This document shows positions 61,101 to 64,000 of a stretch of 64,000 bases of DNA, piece by piece. Position 1 is the stretch's first letter. Every line of letters begins with the position of its first letter. The stretch lies in assembly GCA_965178125.1 (NCBI GenBank), contig OZ237736.1, positions 1,302,001 to 1,366,000 on the forward strand. Reading direction: 5' to 3'. Origin of the DNA: Bilabrum cf. latius (taxonomy: Eukaryota). Under the pieces are notes generated by a model. It had not been told where the DNA came from. It saw only the letters and a list, made by a program, of their open reading frames with translations, and did no database searches. The position numbers were made by a program, and so were the translations under genes.

Positions 61101-62553
61101 GCCCGAGCTGGGGTACAAGGCCCCGGAGCCGTGCGAGCAGATCGAGGTGGCCGACGGAGGGGCCTGCGTGTGCTTCCACAGCAGCAACTCCATCATCATC
61201 CCTGCCCTGCGCGCCCTGCCGCAGGCCGATTTCCTGCCGAGCCGGTACTACCAGAGCGGTGGGGGGTGCCCCGCCGAGTGCTCCGGCCACGGGTTCTGCC
61301 GAGCTCACGGCAAGTGCGCTTGCTTCGCCGGGTGGGGCGGGTACGACTGCGCCAGCCGTACGTGCCCGTACGCCGATGCCTGGGCCGCGGACGACACCAT
61401 CTCCCGCCGGCCCCTCGAGTGCTCTGGCCGGGGCTCTTGCGACCGCGGCTCGGGCACGTGCGGCTGCTTTGACGGCTTCGAGGGCCCCGCCTGCGAGCGG
61501 CTGTCGTGCCCCAGCGGGTGCAGCGGGCACGGCAAGTGCAGGTACATCAACGAGCTGCCCGACGTCACTGGGTACAGCGAGTGGGACGCGGAGCGCATCC
61601 AGGCCTGCGTGTGCGACGGCGGATACTTTGGCGCCGACTGCAGCCTGCGCACGTGCCCCCGCGGCGACGATCCTCAGACCCTCTGCGACGCCGGCCAGAA
61701 CCACAAGCAGGAGGTCACCGTCACCCTACCGAGGACAACCTCCGGGTCCGTATCTCTCGAGTCCGGCTCGGGAGCTATCGCACTGCGCTTCACAGGGTCG
61801 GACGGCACGGTGTACCGGCTGCCCCGCATCGACGACGTGGTGTCCACCGGGGCGTACTCTGCGTCCGCGGTCAAGTCGAGGATCGAGTCGGCTTTCAAGT
61901 CGCTGCCATCGTTTGCCGTGGACGACGTCACCGTGACCCCGCCCGCGGCGTTCGACCCGGCCACCGACACGGACTTCGAGTTCACGGTGGAGTTCACCGG
62001 GGTCAACACCCCGGGGGACCAGGCCCTCCTGGCGTGCGACGTCGCGTGCCCGCTGCCCGGGTGCAGGCCCAAGCACAACCAGCTGCGGCTCAGCGACCTC
62101 ACCGGCATCACGGCAGTGGAGCCATCGTCGGGCCTCGAGATCACCGCGCCCTCGGGGGCCGCCGGCGTGCAGTTCGCCGTCACCTTCACTGCCAACGCCA
62201 ACCTCGCGTCCGGGTACTCGTTTGAGGTCGTCCGATCGGCGCTCGCGGCGGACGGGACTGCCAGCAGTCCCGCATCTCTCATAACCGCTCCCGTGCCGCT
62301 CAACGGAAAGGAAATCACGGTGGCGAACGGATTCAGGTTCAAGATCGATTCGACTGCCATCGCCGGTGCGGGCACGGAGACGTTGCAGTTCTACCCAGCA
62401 ACATGCTCGGTTGCGGTTACTCAGCGCGCTGGGCAGAGCTTTGAAAGCGCAGAATGCTCCAACAGGGGCCTATGTGATCGCTCCAGCGGCCTTTGCGACT
62501 GCTTCGAGGGGTACGCAGGCTCTGCATGCTCCGACGAGATCGTGTCTGTGTAA
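58164..62553 (+). CDS. Secreted mastigoneme-like (Sig1/Ocm1/Mas family) EGF-repeat protein with long acidic cadherin/Ig-like N-terminal region; join(58164..58176,58343..62553)
   Basis: Signal peptide MNTCSLALIATCLSSLSWA after intron 58177-58342; an alternative first exon exists near 58290. Cadherin-like PVNDEP, TNTNDAP, TNVDEAP. C-terminal pattern CSGHG..RTCP..AW..ECSGRGSCDR..YSEWDA..CPRGDDP...ECSNRGLCDRSSGLC. One TAG at 59113; TAA at 62551. Confidence 0.8.
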
Positions 62554-62743
62554 GGCATCGCGATCCAGGGTCGACCGACAGTCTAGGCTTGCCTGAAAAG
62601 TTGTTTAATATCAACCACTAACAAACTGAATCAGATACTTGTGCTCCACTTATGGTATAACTGCGAATATAACACAACTTGAGTTGCTTTATGTGTGCGA
62701 CTCGGAGTGCCCTCAAATGCCCAGTCACACTCCGTTCCTGGGC

Positions 62744-64000
62744 ATGGATGCGAAGAATGCCTAGCTGGCATCGTCACTTGTAAAGTCTACATACATTGAG
62801 CAGGGAATGGCAAACGTGGTCCGATTGAATCAGAGGCTAAAGGAACTGTTGTCACAATAGCGGCTTCCACCGGAGGGCTGGAGTAGCGATGACGTCGAAA
62901 CTTTGTTGCGGCAATTAGGTACGATGGACTCAAATAGTTTTCAAGGCAGTGTCGGCGCAGGGGAGCGTGAAGGCAGAGTTGCGTGCGAACTTGTCCACCG
63001 TCGACATTTCGGCATGGCTCACGGAATTGGACGTTCTGGTGACATTGCCGCCGTGCAACCAAAGGCGGCAGGGTCTTCCATACTGAATATGCTTGTGCAC
63101 AAGCTTGCGCTGTAGGTAGTTAAGATTGCTGGCGTGACGCGGGCAAAGTCGTGCCTGGTGTTGCCAACTGCAACTGGGATGACCTTAACTCTTTGTCTGC
63201 TGGCGTTGCGAGCCTCTCGGCCCAAGGGCCGGTTCGTAATATGGCCAAGAATTGATCAGAAGGCTTGTTTCAAAAGCATTTGCACGAGTGGAGCCGAGCC
63301 CATCATCATTTAGGCGGCAGCTCGTGGGGTGGGTGGTGCTGGCGCCGCTGCTGCTGGAGCAACGCCGGCGCGGGGCTCTGAAGATGAGCTGCGCACGGAC
63401 CTTGAGGCAATTAAAAGAGCTATCGCCGAGCACGGGGCCGATAACATCCTATGCGTGATGAGCACGAGCAGCTGCTTTGCTCCGCGCAGCCACGATGACC
63501 TGCAGGGCATCGCGCGGATCTGCGCCAAGGCGAGCGTCCCGCACATCATCAACAATGCGTACGGCCTGCAGGCTGGCCGCATTACGCACGTCATCAATGA
63601 AGCCTGCCGAGTCGGTCGAGTGGACGCCTTCGTGAGCTCAACGGACAAAAACCTCATGACCCCGGTGGGGGGGGCCATCGTGAGCAGCCCGAGCAAGGCC
63701 TTCATCGAGAGCGTCTCCACGACGTACCCAGGGCGCGCATCGGCGGCTCCTCTGGTGGACGTATTTGCCACCTTGTTGAACCTCGTGAGTGTCTCCGACG
63801 CTTTTCCGCACCGTGAACACCCTGCAAGCTCTCCCTCCGTCGCCCAGGTGCCTATACCATTACTATTGTTATTTTTCTTTCAATAATTGTGTATCCGCGA
63901 TCACGCGCGCAGGGTGCCAACGGCTACAAGAAGCTGCTGGCCGAACGCAAGGCCGCCTTCAAGCATCTCAGGGAACAGATGGAGGCGTGGGCCAGCAGGC
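62744..64000 (+). CDS. SEPSECS: O-phosphoseryl-tRNA(Sec) selenium transferase, 3' partial; join(62744..63784,63913..>64000)
   Basis: [85 protein letters not shown]. Intron 63785-63912 (GTGAGT...CGCGCAG) gives [13 protein letters not shown]. TAGs at 62762, 62858, 63113, 63311. Confidence 0.95.

Noticed and set aside
1-64000. Cluster of pseudogenes or sequencing errors as the explanation for interrupted ORFs
   Set aside because: Interruptions are exclusively TAG, never TAA, TGA or frameshifts. Catalytic motifs are intact and TAG falls on Gln columns.
1-64000. Ciliate-type code (UAA and UAG both Gln) or pyrrolysine insertion
   Set aside because: I found no internal TAA although CAA is common, and three genes end in TAA. 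TAG aligns with Gln in eukaryotic housekeeping domains, which does not fit Pyl.
1-64000. Suppressor tRNA-Gln(CUA), eRF1, rRNA, transposon or endogenous virus genes
   Set aside because: None is recognisable in this window. The decoding machinery must lie elsewhere.

Overview
GC-rich, gene-dense eukaryotic nuclear DNA with short GT-AG introns, most likely from a flagellated stramenopile (inferred from a Sig1/Ocm1/Mas-type mastigoneme gene). The supplied ORF track is badly fragmented because the window does not follow the standard genetic code. If TAG is read as glutamine (translation-table-15-like), the fragments join into 17 intact, non-overlapping genes that tile almost the whole window. By my manual count they carry about 130 in-frame TAGs and no in-frame TAA or TGA. 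The 15 genes whose 3' ends are visible end in TGA (12) or TAA (3). TAG sits at near-invariant Gln positions: the kinesin P-loop AYG[TAG]TGAGKT, kinesin RFRP[TAG]N and RCC1 GRNDHG[TAG]LG. It also replaces CAG in single copies of two coding tandem repeats. Genes: hypothetical protein; FKBP-like/TPR tail-anchored protein; C2H2 zinc-finger protein; p101/PIK3R5-like protein; cytosolic carboxypeptidase; glycosyltransferase; triple-repeat EF-hand protein; myristoylated EF-hand protein; giant kinesin with a 25/39-aa repeat stalk; RhoGAP-like protein; anthranilate synthase I; short-chain dehydrogenase; EF-hand/ankyrin protein; patatin lipase; RCC1-BTB-RING protein; mastigoneme-like EGF protein; SepSecS. 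I saw no RNA genes, mobile elements or CRISPR arrays. All family assignments come from motif recognition, not database searches.
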